In this document: positions 11,649-21,199 of the stretch, one piece after another | How the letters are laid out: every line of letters begins with the position of its first letter | Position numbering within the stretch: position 1 is the stretch's first letter | Assembly: GCA_040904565.1 (NCBI GenBank) | Contig: JBBDTI010000075.1 | Location: 183,659-247,658, forward strand | Reading direction: 5' to 3' | DNA from: Rhodothermales bacterium | GTDB lineage: Bacteria > Bacteroidota > Rhodothermia > Rhodothermales > VXPQ01 | DNA length: 64,000 nucleotides | The notes under the pieces: generated by a model | The model's database searches: none | The model's input: the letters and a program-made list of their open reading frames with translations, nothing else | What the model was told of the DNA's origin: nothing | Position numbers and translations under genes: made by a program

Positions 11649-12674
11649 TCAGGTCAGTACGTCCGGCAGCCAATCTTCCCGCTTCGGGGCGCGCGTCATG
11701 AGCTCATCCACGGCGATCTGCGGCTGCTTGCCGTCGAACAGGATTCCGTACACCGCTTCCGTGATCGGCATCTCGATCCCGTATCGAACGGACAGCTGAT
11801 GCACGGAGTCCGCCGTTCGAACACCTTCCGCCACCATGCTCATGTCACGTTCCACTTCTTCAAGCCGCTTCCCCCGTCCGATCAGCTCTCCGACGTGCCG
11901 GTTGCGGCTGTGGCGGCTCATACACGTAACGACCAGGTCACCGATGCCGGCGAGCCCGGAGAACGTGCTGCCTTCCGCACCCATCGCAAGTCCGAGCCGC
12001 TTCATTTCCGCGAGGCCGCGCGTGACGATGGCCGCCTTCGTGTTGTCACCGTAGCCCAGTCCGTCCCCGATACCGGCACCGATGGCCATCACGTTCTTGA
12101 CGGATCCTGCGATCTCCACGCCCAGCACGTCATGATTCATGTATACCCGCAATCGGGAGGTCGCGAACGTGCTCTGGATTTCGTGAACCGTATCGGTTGA
12201 GTAGGCGGCCGCGACGACCGTCGTGGGCTTTTCCTCCGCTACTTCCTCGGCGTGGCTGGGACCGGAGAGGACGCCGAGGTGCGCCATGGGCACGGTATCG
12301 AGGACGTCGTGGAGGACCCGCGTCGTCGTCAGCAGACTGTTGTTTTCTATGCCCTTGGCCACCGATACGCAGAGAAGATCATCGGATGCATGCCCGCGCA
12401 CGTTCTTCGCACAGTCCCTGATCGCATGTGACGGCGTGGCGAATACCCACATGTCGCAACCGGTCACGGCATCTTCCATCACGGACGTGACGGACAGTTC
12501 GTCCGGAAGCTGCGCGCGCGGCAGATAGGTGGGGTTGCGGCGGTGTCGGCGCATGTGCTCCGCCGCCTCCGGTCGGCGAGCCCACAGCGTCACCTCATGG
12601 CCCGATTTCGCCAGCACGATAGCCAGCGCCGTACCCCAGCTGCCCGCACCCAGCATTGCTATCCGCTTGGCCAC
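11649..12674 (-). CDS. gpsA: NAD(P)H-dependent glycerol-3-phosphate dehydrogenase
   Basis: GAGSWGTALA, SVAKGIE, LSGPSHAEE, KNVMAI, GLAGIGDLVVTC-SRHSRN, VAEGV; GTG start. Confidence 0.95.
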   Translation of the reverse strand: MAKRIAMLGAGSWGTALAIVLAKSGHEVTLWARRPEAAEHMRRHRRNPTYLPRAQLPDELSVTSVMEDAVTGCDMWVFATPSHAIRDCAKNVRGHASDDLLCVSVAKGIENNSLLTTTRVLHDVLDTVPMAHLGVLSGPSHAEEVAEEKPTTVVAAAYSTDTVHEIQSTFATSRLRVYMNHDVLGVEIAGSVKNVMAIGAGIGDGLGYGDNTKAAIVTRGLAEMKRLGLAMGAEGSTFSGLAGIGDLVVTCMSRHSRNRHVGELIGRGKRLEEVERDMSMVAEGVRTADSVHQLSVRYGIEMPITEAVYGILFDGKQPQIAVDELMTRAPKREDWLPDVLT

Positions 12675-12749
12675 GTCGGTTCTGTATCTCTGAATACGGA
12701 CGAAGAGAAAACGAGCCGGGCGCCTGCCGGCGCCGGCACCGCCTGCGCG

Positions 12750-13433
12750 CTAGAGATCGCCCCTGCCTCGCAGTCCGCGAGCCGGGCGAAACGAGCTAAT
12801 TCGACTCTCGGTGCCCGTCAACAAGCGGCGGATGTTCGATCGATGGGCGTAAAGGATGCCGAGCGCCATAAGCCCGCTGAAAATGAGCAGGCTCGGATCC
12901 AGGGCGTCGATGCCGAAGACGTAGCGGCGAATGGCGAGCGCGGAAGGAAACGCCACAACGGCCGAAATGGACGCCAAGGATACGTATCGCGAGGTGAGAA
13001 GCACGACGACGAATACGGCGAGGGTGATCCACATCGTGATGGGCGTAAGCGCGAAGAGCACGCCGCCCGCCGTATTGACGCCCTTACCTCCCCGGAATCC
13101 GGCCCATACCGGATACATGTGCCCCACGACGGCGGCCAGGCCGGCCAGCAGCCGTACGACGGTCCCCATCTGCCAGACCTCGATGCCAACCGGAAGCGCA
13201 TCGAGGCGGAGCGACGCCACGACGCCGGCCGCGAAAAGGCCTTTTCCGAGATCTACGACCGTCGCCAGCACGCCGGCCTTCCACCCGAATACGCGGAAAA
13301 CATTCGTCGCCCCCGCATTACCGCTGCCGTACGCGCGAACGTCGTCGCCGTAGAGCAGCTTACCAACCCAGACGCTGCCCGGTATCGAACCGACCAGGTA
13401 GCTGAGAATCAGTATGACGATCAAAGATAGCAT
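12750..13433 (-). CDS. plsY: Glycerol-3-phosphate acyltransferase PlsY
   Basis: SYLVGSIP, GSGNAGATN, GHMYP-FRGGKGV, HRSNIRRLL; multi-TM protein next to gpsA. Confidence 0.95.
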   Translation of the reverse strand: MLSLIVILILSYLVGSIPGSVWVGKLLYGDDVRAYGSGNAGATNVFRVFGWKAGVLATVVDLGKGLFAAGVVASLRLDALPVGIEVWQMGTVVRLLAGLAAVVGHMYPVWAGFRGGKGVNTAGGVLFALTPITMWITLAVFVVVLLTSRYVSLASISAVVAFPSALAIRRYVFGIDALDPSLLIFSGLMALGILYAHRSNIRRLLTGTESRISSFRPARGLRGRGDL

Positions 13434-13576
13434 CTGGCGCTACAAAATCCGAAAATGTGCTGGATACCCGGTTGACCCGGAGCGGTCGTCTGCACACGAG
13501 AGTTCTCCTGTGCGATCACTCCAAAAGATAGTACATAAACGTTTTTGATACCGGGTTTGGTTTCCTCAGGGGCGGA

Positions 13577-14584
13577 TTACCCGGTCGACGGGCGGATCGT
13601 ACCGATCTCGAACGACGTCTCTCGCAGGTTCTCGAGCAGCGTCTGAACGCGAGAAAGGTCGGCCCCTGAGACGATCACGACGAGTCCGACGCCCAGGTTG
13701 AGCGTGCGCCTCAGGTCGTCCTCAGGCACGCCGCCCCGCTGCTGGATGAGATCGAAGATAGGCGGGCGCTGCCAGGCGTCGTAATCTACCTCGAACGTCA
13801 ATCCGTCAGGAACGACGCGCGCCGTATTGCCCGGAATGCCGCCGCCCGTGACGTGCACGATGCCGCGCGCCAGCCCGGCCTCTACGAGTGCCCGGATCGG
13901 CTTGAGGTAGGATCGGTGGATGGCAAGCAGAACCTCGCCGACGCTCTTTCCTTCCAGCTCGTCCGGACGAGCGTCGACGTCGAAATGCTCGAACAATACC
14001 TTCCGAGCCAGCGAGTATCCGTTCGTATGCAGGCCGGACGACGGCAGGCCGAGCAGAACATCTCCTGACCGGATGGCCGATCCGTCCACAATCTTGTCCT
14101 TTTCGACGACGCCCACGACGGTTCCGGCCAGGTCGTATTCGCCCGGAGCGTAGATATCGGGCATCTCGGCCGTCTCACCACCGATCAACGCACAACCGTT
14201 CTCTTTACACGCCGTCGCAAAGCCTCTCACGACGTCCTCCGCGGCCCCCGGATCGAGCCGGCCCGTAGAGAAGTAATCGAGGAAGTACAGCGGCTCGGCA
14301 CCGCACACGGCGATATCGTTGACGCAATGATTGACGAGATCCTGCCCGACCGTGTCGTGCCGGTCCATCTTAAAGGCCACCTTGAGCTTCGTGCCGACGC
14401 CGTCGACGGACGAAACGAGGACCGGACGCTCGTAGCGAGCGACATCCAGCTCGAAAAACGCTCCAAAGGCGCCGATGTCCGTCAATACACCCGGCGTAAA
14501 GGTTTCGCGCACCAGGGGCTTGATGCGTCGAACGGTTTCTTCGCCGGCTTCGATATCGACGCCGGCGTCGCGGTACGTGGTCAT
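13577..14584 (-). CDS. purM: Phosphoribosylformylglycinamidine cyclo-ligase (AIR synthase)
   Basis: YRDAGVDI, DGVGTKL, CVNDI, GGETAEMP, SSGLHTNGYSL, HVTGGG. Confidence 0.96.
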   Translation of the reverse strand: MTTYRDAGVDIEAGEETVRRIKPLVRETFTPGVLTDIGAFGAFFELDVARYERPVLVSSVDGVGTKLKVAFKMDRHDTVGQDLVNHCVNDIAVCGAEPLYFLDYFSTGRLDPGAAEDVVRGFATACKENGCALIGGETAEMPDIYAPGEYDLAGTVVGVVEKDKIVDGSAIRSGDVLLGLPSSGLHTNGYSLARKVLFEHFDVDARPDELEGKSVGEVLLAIHRSYLKPIRALVEAGLARGIVHVTGGGIPGNTARVVPDGLTFEVDYDAWQRPPIFDLIQQRGGVPEDDLRRTLNLGVGLVVIVSGADLSRVQTLLENLRETSFEIGTIRPSTG

Positions 14585-14661
14585 GGTCTATCTGAAGATC
14601 AGGTGGTTGAAATCGACGGCAACGTCTTCTCCGAGCACTCTTCTGAGGATCAGGCCCCGCA

Positions 14662-15495
14662 TCAGGCGCGGAAGGTCGTGCGACCGAACCGGGCCTGAAA
14701 CCGGACCTGAAGGCGGTAGCGCAGTGACAGTTCGATCGGCTCGGACCAGAGATCGAATTTCCGCCGTTGTATCTCGTTGAGAATTTCCAGACCGCCCAGC
14801 CACCATCTCTTCAAGGCGTTAGCCTGCCGAGACGGAACCTCGTTGGCAAGTTGTTCGCAGTGGGCAAACGCATTCTTTGCACGAATGGTCTGCTTCCAGA
14901 GCAACCGCTTCATGTTTTCGTCCACGCGTCCCGCGCGAAGTTGTTCGAGAGGTACCCCATGCTGCTCCAGATCGGCTAGAGGGATGAACAAGCGGTCCCG
15001 GGCGAGATCGTCTTTGAGCGTCATCAACCGCCCAACCCAGAAGAGTCCCGTCGCCATCTCGTCTGCGAATCTCAGCTGCCACGAGCCCGTTGCGCGCGCC
15101 AGGTGAGCCAGCGCACGCGCATGGGATCCGGCCCACTGCCTTACAAACGCCTTGACCTCACGCGAATCCGCGAAGCGCGCCGGACGAGAAAACGTCTCGG
15201 ATGCCGCGACCTGCGCCGCCAGAAGTTCGATGGGTATGCGGCCCTCCGCACAGCCGGCATAAGCGTCCTGGGCCACGTCGGAAGGCACCACCTTCAGCGC
15301 CTCCGCATCCAGCACCCTATCACGCTCCGCCGTGAAATATGCCGTGAGATCGGAGCCGTCGAGCGATGGCGCATACGGATCGGTCAGGGCCAGATGGAAA
15401 TGCCAGAGTGCACGGGCAATCGGTCGCTGCTGACGCGTCCATCCATCCCGGTAAAAAGGTTTCGGAAGTCCCTCTTCTTCTGTCGGCTCCCTCAC
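14662..15495 (-). CDS. Squalene/phytoene synthase-fold protein with degenerate Asp-rich motifs
   Basis: DDLARDRLFIPLADLEQHGV and LEILNEIQRRKFD segments are typical of SQS_PSY; GTG start overlaps the aconitase stop (GTGA). Confidence 0.65.
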   Translation of the reverse strand: MREPTEEEGLPKPFYRDGWTRQQRPIARALWHFHLALTDPYAPSLDGSDLTAYFTAERDRVLDAEALKVVPSDVAQDAYAGCAEGRIPIELLAAQVAASETFSRPARFADSREVKAFVRQWAGSHARALAHLARATGSWQLRFADEMATGLFWVGRLMTLKDDLARDRLFIPLADLEQHGVPLEQLRAGRVDENMKRLLWKQTIRAKNAFAHCEQLANEVPSRQANALKRWWLGGLEILNEIQRRKFDLWSEPIELSLRYRLQVRFQARFGRTTFRA

Positions 15496-17447
15496 GCGTC
15501 CTCCATCCTGCGCTTTACGACACCGATCAGACTCCCTTCCAGCACCATCTCCACCTCCCGGTTCGTCAAGTCATGCGTCATCTCGTAGCGTTCGTCCCTC
15601 GTTCGATTGTGGATCGATACCGAAGCGCCCGTCCGAAGCGCATCGCGCAGGCCCTCCGCGCCGAGTTCGTCGTCCTGCTCGATGCGATCGTAATCCGAGG
15701 GGTCGGCAAACATCAGCGGAAGTATACCAAAATTCGCAAGGTTCTGCCGGTGGATACGGGCGTAAGATTTGACCAGAACGGCGCGCAGGCCTAGATGTCT
15801 CGGTGCGAGCGCCGCATGCTCTCGGCTCGACCCCTGCCCGTAATTGGCCCCGCCGACGACGAAGAATCCCGACTCCCGATAGGGCTCCGTCCTTTCGTAA
15901 AACGTGTCGTCTACCTGCTCGAAGACGAACTTGCTGATCTCCGGAATGTTGCTCCGGTATGGAAGAATCCGTGAACCGGCAGGCATGATCTCATCCGTCG
16001 AAATGTCGTCCCCCACCTTGAGCAGCACGGGTCCGGCGAGCCGGTCCGGAAGCCCGTCGAATTCCGGCAGCGATACGACGTTGGGGCCCTTTTCGAGCGC
16101 AACGTCCGAGACATGCGAAGCCGGTTCGACGAGCTGATCGGTATTCACCTTGACCGTCTCCGGTTCGACGACCCGGGGATAGGTCATGTCGAAGAGAACC
16201 TCCAGATCGCGGGGATCCGTGATCGCGCCGGTCAGCGCCGAGGCGGCCGCCGTCTCCGGGCTGCAGAGATAGACGGCGTCTTCCTTCGTTCCGCTTCGAC
16301 CCGGGAAATTGCGCGGCACGGTCCGCAGGCTGATCCGCCCGGTGGCCGGGGCCTGCCCCATACCGATGCAGCCGTTGCAGCCCGCCTGATGAATCCGCGC
16401 ACCGGCCCGCGTCAGTTTCTGGAGCTCTCCGGCATCCATGAGCTGCTCGAGAATCTGCCGCGAGGTCGGATTGACATCGAACGAAACCCGGTCGTGCACC
16501 TGCCTGCCCGCTACGATACGCGCCGCCACGGCAAAATCACGGAATCCGGGGTTGGCGGACGAACCGACGTACGTTTGGTAGATTTCCTGACCTTCTACCT
16601 CGCGCACGGGAACGACGTTACCTGGACTGCTCGGCCTGGCGATCAGGGGAACGAGGTGGGAAAGGTCGATCTGCTCCTCGTCGTCATATCTCGCATCGTC
16701 GTCGGCCACGATCTCCGTCCAGTCCTGCTCGCGACCCTGCGCTTTAAGGAAGCGGCGCACGGCGTCATCCGACGGAAAGACGGTCGTCGTGGCTCCCAGC
16801 TCGGTGCCCATATTCGCGATCACGTGCCGGTCCATCGCAGAAAGGCTCCGCAGTCCCGGTCCGTAATACTCGATGATCCGTCCCACTCCCCCGTCCACGT
16901 CGTGACGGCGAAGCATTTCCAGTACCACGTCCTTGGCACTAACCCAGTCCGGCAGCTCCCCGGTAAGCCGCACCCCCCAGATCCCCGGCATGTCGATGTG
17001 ATAGGGGTCGCCGGCCATCGCCAGCGCCACCTCGAGGCCCCCCGCGCCCATGGCGAGCATGCCGATGGCGCCCGCCGCCGGTGTGTGACTGTCCGACCCG
17101 AGCAGCGTCTTGCCGGGCTTACCGAAGCGCTCCTGATGCACCGGGTGGCTGACGCCGTTTCCCGGTCGACTATACCAGACGCCGTATTTCCGGCAGGCGC
17201 TGCGCAGAAAAAGGTGATCGTCCGGATTTTTGAAATCCGTCTGCAGCAGATTGTGGTCCACATACTGCGCCGACAGTTCGGTCTTAACCCGACGCAGCCC
17301 CATCGCCTCGAGCTCCAGCATGACCAGCGTGCCCGTAGCGTCCTGGGTCAGCGTTTGATCGATTTTAAGGGCAATCTGCTCGCCGGGAGTCATCTCACCT
17401 TCGATGAGGTGATCGGCTATTAATTTCTGCGCGACGTTCCTTCCCAT
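15492..17447 (-). CDS. Aconitate hydratase (short ~650-aa type)
   Basis: QDATGT, DHN, GSDSHT, GCNGCIGMGQ, RNFPGRSG, STDEIMPAG, NYGQGSSREHAA. Confidence 0.9.
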   Translation of the reverse strand: MGRNVAQKLIADHLIEGEMTPGEQIALKIDQTLTQDATGTLVMLELEAMGLRRVKTELSAQYVDHNLLQTDFKNPDDHLFLRSACRKYGVWYSRPGNGVSHPVHQERFGKPGKTLLGSDSHTPAAGAIGMLAMGAGGLEVALAMAGDPYHIDMPGIWGVRLTGELPDWVSAKDVVLEMLRRHDVDGGVGRIIEYYGPGLRSLSAMDRHVIANMGTELGATTTVFPSDDAVRRFLKAQGREQDWTEIVADDDARYDDEEQIDLSHLVPLIARPSSPGNVVPVREVEGQEIYQTYVGSSANPGFRDFAVAARIVAGRQVHDRVSFDVNPTSRQILEQLMDAGELQKLTRAGARIHQAGCNGCIGMGQAPATGRISLRTVPRNFPGRSGTKEDAVYLCSPETAAASALTGAITDPRDLEVLFDMTYPRVVEPETVKVNTDQLVEPASHVSDVALEKGPNVVSLPEFDGLPDRLAGPVLLKVGDDISTDEIMPAGSRILPYRSNIPEISKFVFEQVDDTFYERTEPYRESGFFVVGGANYGQGSSREHAALAPRHLGLRAVLVKSYARIHRQNLANFGILPLMFADPSDYDRIEQDDELGAEGLRDALRTGASVSIHNRTRDERYEMTHDLTNREVEMVLEGSLIGVVKRRMEDA

Positions 17448-17628
17448 GGTTGGTCGCCGTTGTTGTTGTCCGTTTCGTACACTTATTCTGTTGCGTACTT
17501 AAAACCGTACACTAACAATGTACCGTGCTGCCCGGCGAATGATCGACGGAATCGACGCGTCGCCGCGGGCTTCACATTTTCGTCGCGTTTTTTTTCGACG
17601 CCTCCCACATCGCATCTATATCGTACCC

Positions 17629-19068
17629 ATGACCTACGTGACATCGGTCCGTCCCTCACGCATCGACCTGCACGCGATCACCCTCATGCTGCTCGCCCTC
17701 TTGCTGCCGACTTGGGGCTGCGGTGACGGCGCGATGCCGGTGGGCGAAGGTGTACAGGCCCGCATCCATCCATCCGCCGAGCAGCCCCGCTACTGGCAGA
17801 TGGGCGACGAGCCCGTCATGCTCCTGGGCGGCTCACGCGAAGACAATCTCTTTCAGATCGACGACGTCGAGGATCACCTTGACCTGCTCGAATCCGCAGG
17901 TGGCAACTACGTCCGCAACACGATGAGCTCGCGCGACTCCGGCGATGTATGGCCGTTTGCCCGGCTCGAAAGCGGACTGTACGACCTCGAGCGGCCGTCC
18001 GAGGGCTACTTCGACCGTCTCTCCCACCTCCTGAAGGCCGCGCACGAGCGCGGCGTGGTCGTGCAGATCGAACTGTGGGACCGCTTCGACTATGCGCGTG
18101 AGCCCTGGCTGGCGAATCCGTTCCGTCCAGCCAACAACATCAATTACACGATCGAAGAAAGCGGGCTACGCAACGAGTATCCCGCCCATCCGGGCAGCAA
18201 CGACAATCCTTTCTTTCGCACGGTCCCGGGCGAAAATGATCACGCCCTGATCCTCCGCTATCAAAGAGCCCACGTCGATCGCATTCTCGATCTAACGCTT
18301 CCTTATCCGAACGTGCTTTACACGATGGACAACGAGACGAACGGTATCGAGAGCTGGGGCGCGTATTGGGCGCGCTACATCCAAGAGGCCGCCGATCGGG
18401 CGGGGGTGGACGTCTACACGACGGAGATGTGGGATGCATGGGACCTTCGCGACGAACAGCACCGACGTACGCTGGATCATCCCGACCTCTACGCATTCGC
18501 AGACGTCTCCCAGAACAATCACAACACCGGACAGGAGCACTGGGACAACCTGCAGTGGGTGCGGTCGTACATCGAAGCCGACCCACGCCCCCTGAACACG
18601 GTCAAGACGTACGGCGCCGACGGTGGCCCATACGGCTCGAGCCGTGACGGAACGGAACGGTTCTGGAGGAATGTTGTCGGAGGGGCGGCATCGGCCCGAT
18701 TCCATCGCCCACCGTCGGGCCTCGGACTCAGCCCCCTCGCACAGGCGCATCTCACGAGCGCACGCCTGTTCGTCGACGCGTTCGATCTCTTTCGCGCGCA
18801 ACCGGATGTCGATCATGTCCGATTGACGGACCGGAATGCGAATGAGGCCTATCTCTCACATATCCCCGGCGATCAATCCGCCGTGTATTTCACCGACGGC
18901 GGCTCGGTCGGACTCGACCTGTCGGGCGAAACGGGTACGTATGCCGTGCGATGGCTGGATGTGGAGGGCCGCCGATGGCAGCCGGCTAACGACGTGGAGG
19001 CCGGCGGCGTGATACGACTCGATGCACCGCCGGACGGACACTGGGTTGCGCTCCTCGAGCGGCTGTAG
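17629..19068 (+). CDS. Putative lipoprotein, GH-A clan-like TIM barrel plus C-terminal beta-sandwich (paralog of 4581-6056)
   Basis: Lipobox-like LLLPTWGC; GGNYVRNTMS, VQIELWDRFD, TMDNET; C-terminal YAVRWLD. Start uncertain (17629 or 17686). Confidence 0.7.
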   Translation: MTYVTSVRPSRIDLHAITLMLLALLLPTWGCGDGAMPVGEGVQARIHPSAEQPRYWQMGDEPVMLLGGSREDNLFQIDDVEDHLDLLESAGGNYVRNTMSSRDSGDVWPFARLESGLYDLERPSEGYFDRLSHLLKAAHERGVVVQIELWDRFDYAREPWLANPFRPANNINYTIEESGLRNEYPAHPGSNDNPFFRTVPGENDHALILRYQRAHVDRILDLTLPYPNVLYTMDNETNGIESWGAYWARYIQEAADRAGVDVYTTEMWDAWDLRDEQHRRTLDHPDLYAFADVSQNNHNTGQEHWDNLQWVRSYIEADPRPLNTVKTYGADGGPYGSSRDGTERFWRNVVGGAASARFHRPPSGLGLSPLAQAHLTSARLFVDAFDLFRAQPDVDHVRLTDRNANEAYLSHIPGDQSAVYFTDGGSVGLDLSGETGTYAVRWLDVEGRRWQPANDVEAGGVIRLDAPPDGHWVALLERL

Positions 19069-19126
19069 TAGGCCGTCGATTCGTCCGCATCTCAGGGTCG
19101 CGCCGGCCGCGACGGGCCCTCGCCGG

Positions 19127-19912
19127 TCACGACGTCTTCCAGGGCGGATCAACCTTCTTCAGAAACGCTTCGATACCGGCCCGGCAGTCATCCGTGCTGC
19201 GAGCCCGGGCGTTAAGCTCCACCGCATATCTGAGCGCCTCGTCCATATCCATATCGACCGTATCGCCCAGCATGCGCTTCGTCATCCGAACCGCCGAGGA
19301 GCTCGACTCGACGGTGAGATCGCGCACGAGGCCGTCCACCTCCGCGTCGAGATCGACCCGCGAGACGGCCTTCGTAATGAGCCCGAGCCGAGCCGCTTCC
19401 TCAGCCTGGATGACGTGCCCGCGCAGCAGCAGATCGCGCGCGGCCGCCTCTCCCACCTTACGCCGGACGAAGATGCCCACGATGGCCGGGACGAAGCCGA
19501 TCCGAACTTCCGTGAATCCGCATTTCGCATCCTCAACTGCCACCGCAATGTCGCACACGGCTGCCAGTCCACATCCTCCCGCGATGGCGTGGCCGTTAAC
19601 CCTTGCAATAACGGGCTTCGGGTGGACGTAGATGCTTCGGAACAGATCGGCCAGGCGTTGGGAATCCGCTTCATTTTCTTCCCTCGTCGCATCCTGAAGC
19701 GCCCCGAGCTCCGCGAGGTCGGCACCGGACGAAAAGGCGCTGCCCGCACCCGTCAGCACGATGCAGCGTACCGCGTCGTCCGCTCCGGCGGCTTCCATCG
19801 CTCGTCCGAGCGCATCGACGACCTCCCCACTGAGCGCATTACGCTTTTCCGGGCGATTGAGCGTGATCCTCGCGACGCGATCTTCGATATGGGTCGTGAC
19901 GGGCGGCGTCAT
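19127..19912 (-). CDS. Enoyl-CoA hydratase/isomerase (methylglutaconyl-CoA hydratase-like)
   Basis: ITLNRPEKRNAL, FSSGADL, GHAIAGGCGL, FTEVRIGFVPA; ATG 19912 overlaps the thrC stop (ATGA). Confidence 0.85.
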   Translation of the reverse strand: MTPPVTTHIEDRVARITLNRPEKRNALSGEVVDALGRAMEAAGADDAVRCIVLTGAGSAFSSGADLAELGALQDATREENEADSQRLADLFRSIYVHPKPVIARVNGHAIAGGCGLAAVCDIAVAVEDAKCGFTEVRIGFVPAIVGIFVRRKVGEAAARDLLLRGHVIQAEEAARLGLITKAVSRVDLDAEVDGLVRDLTVESSSSAVRMTKRMLGDTVDMDMDEALRYAVELNARARSTDDCRAGIEAFLKKVDPPWKTS

Positions 19913-21189
19913 TGCGGGAGATGCTCGCGCAGGGCATCCAGCATAGCCGGCACCGTCTCGACGGCCACGTCCCGATCCCACAGGGCCGAGAGCCGGTCGG
20001 GCGACTCCGGCTCGATGCCGAGTGCGCGTTCGACCGTCTCGGGAAATTTAGACGGATGTGCCGTGGAGAGCACGACGACCGGCCGAGATACCGGCCGGCG
20101 TCGTACGGCTTCGAGTCCGACCGCCGTGTGCGGATCGGCGACGTATCCCGTCTCATCGTACACGCGCTGCATGGACGCGATCGTTTCATCGTCCGTTACG
20201 CTCTCACCGGCGATGAGCGTTCGCATACGCTGCCTCGAAAGGAGCGCATCGAGGCGCTCGAAGTTGCTGGGCGCCCCGACATCCATCGCGTTCGAGAGGG
20301 TACGCACCGTAACACCGAACTCCACCTCCTCTCCCGAAAGGACGCGTGGGAAAAAGTCATTCGCGTTGTGGGCGGCGAGAAATCCGCTCACGGGTAGGCC
20401 GGAAAGGTACGCCAGGACACCGGCCGTCAGATTGCCGAGGTTTCCACTCGGCACGCAGCACGTCAGCGGGACATCGCCGAGGTGCTTCACGGCCCACGCG
20501 TAGTAGAGCATCTGCGGCAAGAGGCGCCCGATGTTAATGGAGTTGGCGGATGACAGACCGGCATCGGCCAGGTCGGGGGCCATGAAGGCCTCCTTCACCA
20601 TTCGCTGGCAGTCGTCGAAATCGCCTTCTACGGCGAGGGCGCGTACGCCCGGTCGGGCGACGATGAGCTGGCGTTCCTGAACGGGACTTACCTTTCCCTT
20701 CGGGTAGAGTAGTACGACGTCGATGCGATCCTGGCCCGCGAAGCCGTCGGCCACGGCGCTCCCCGTGTCCCCCGACGTAGCGACGAGTATCGTCACGTCC
20801 TCGTCCCTCCGATCGAGAAAATGACCCATCCAGCGCGCCATCGTGCGTGCCCCGAAATCCTTGAACGACAGCGTGGGACCGTGAAAAAGCTCCAGAACGT
20901 GGACGCCGTCCCATTTCGGGGCTTCGAGCGGGATCAGGGGAACGGGGAAATTGAGGGCGTCGGTCGTGATGCGGCTGAGCGCATCCCGGCCGATCTCGTC
21001 GCCGACCCACGTGCTGAGTACGCGCCGGCCCATCTCTGCGAAGTCGGCGGCTTCGAAGGCATGGTCGAAGTCCGGTCTCGGGACCTCGGAAGGAACGAAG
21101 AGCCCTCCGTCAGGTGCTAATCCCTGCAGAAGTGCTTCTTCGAACGTTCGGCCGTCGCCGCCGCGCGTACTGCGATAGAAAACGGGCAT
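19909..21189 (-). CDS. thrC: Threonine synthase
   Basis: GLAPDGGLF, ELFHGPTLSFKDFG (PLP Lys), ATSGDTG, SANSINIGR, VPSGNLGN, STAHPSKF. Confidence 0.96.
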   Translation of the reverse strand: MPVFYRSTRGGDGRTFEEALLQGLAPDGGLFVPSEVPRPDFDHAFEAADFAEMGRRVLSTWVGDEIGRDALSRITTDALNFPVPLIPLEAPKWDGVHVLELFHGPTLSFKDFGARTMARWMGHFLDRRDEDVTILVATSGDTGSAVADGFAGQDRIDVVLLYPKGKVSPVQERQLIVARPGVRALAVEGDFDDCQRMVKEAFMAPDLADAGLSSANSINIGRLLPQMLYYAWAVKHLGDVPLTCCVPSGNLGNLTAGVLAYLSGLPVSGFLAAHNANDFFPRVLSGEEVEFGVTVRTLSNAMDVGAPSNFERLDALLSRQRMRTLIAGESVTDDETIASMQRVYDETGYVADPHTAVGLEAVRRRPVSRPVVVLSTAHPSKFPETVERALGIEPESPDRLSALWDRDVAVETVPAMLDALREHLPQ

Positions 21190-21199
21190 ATCGGCTCGA

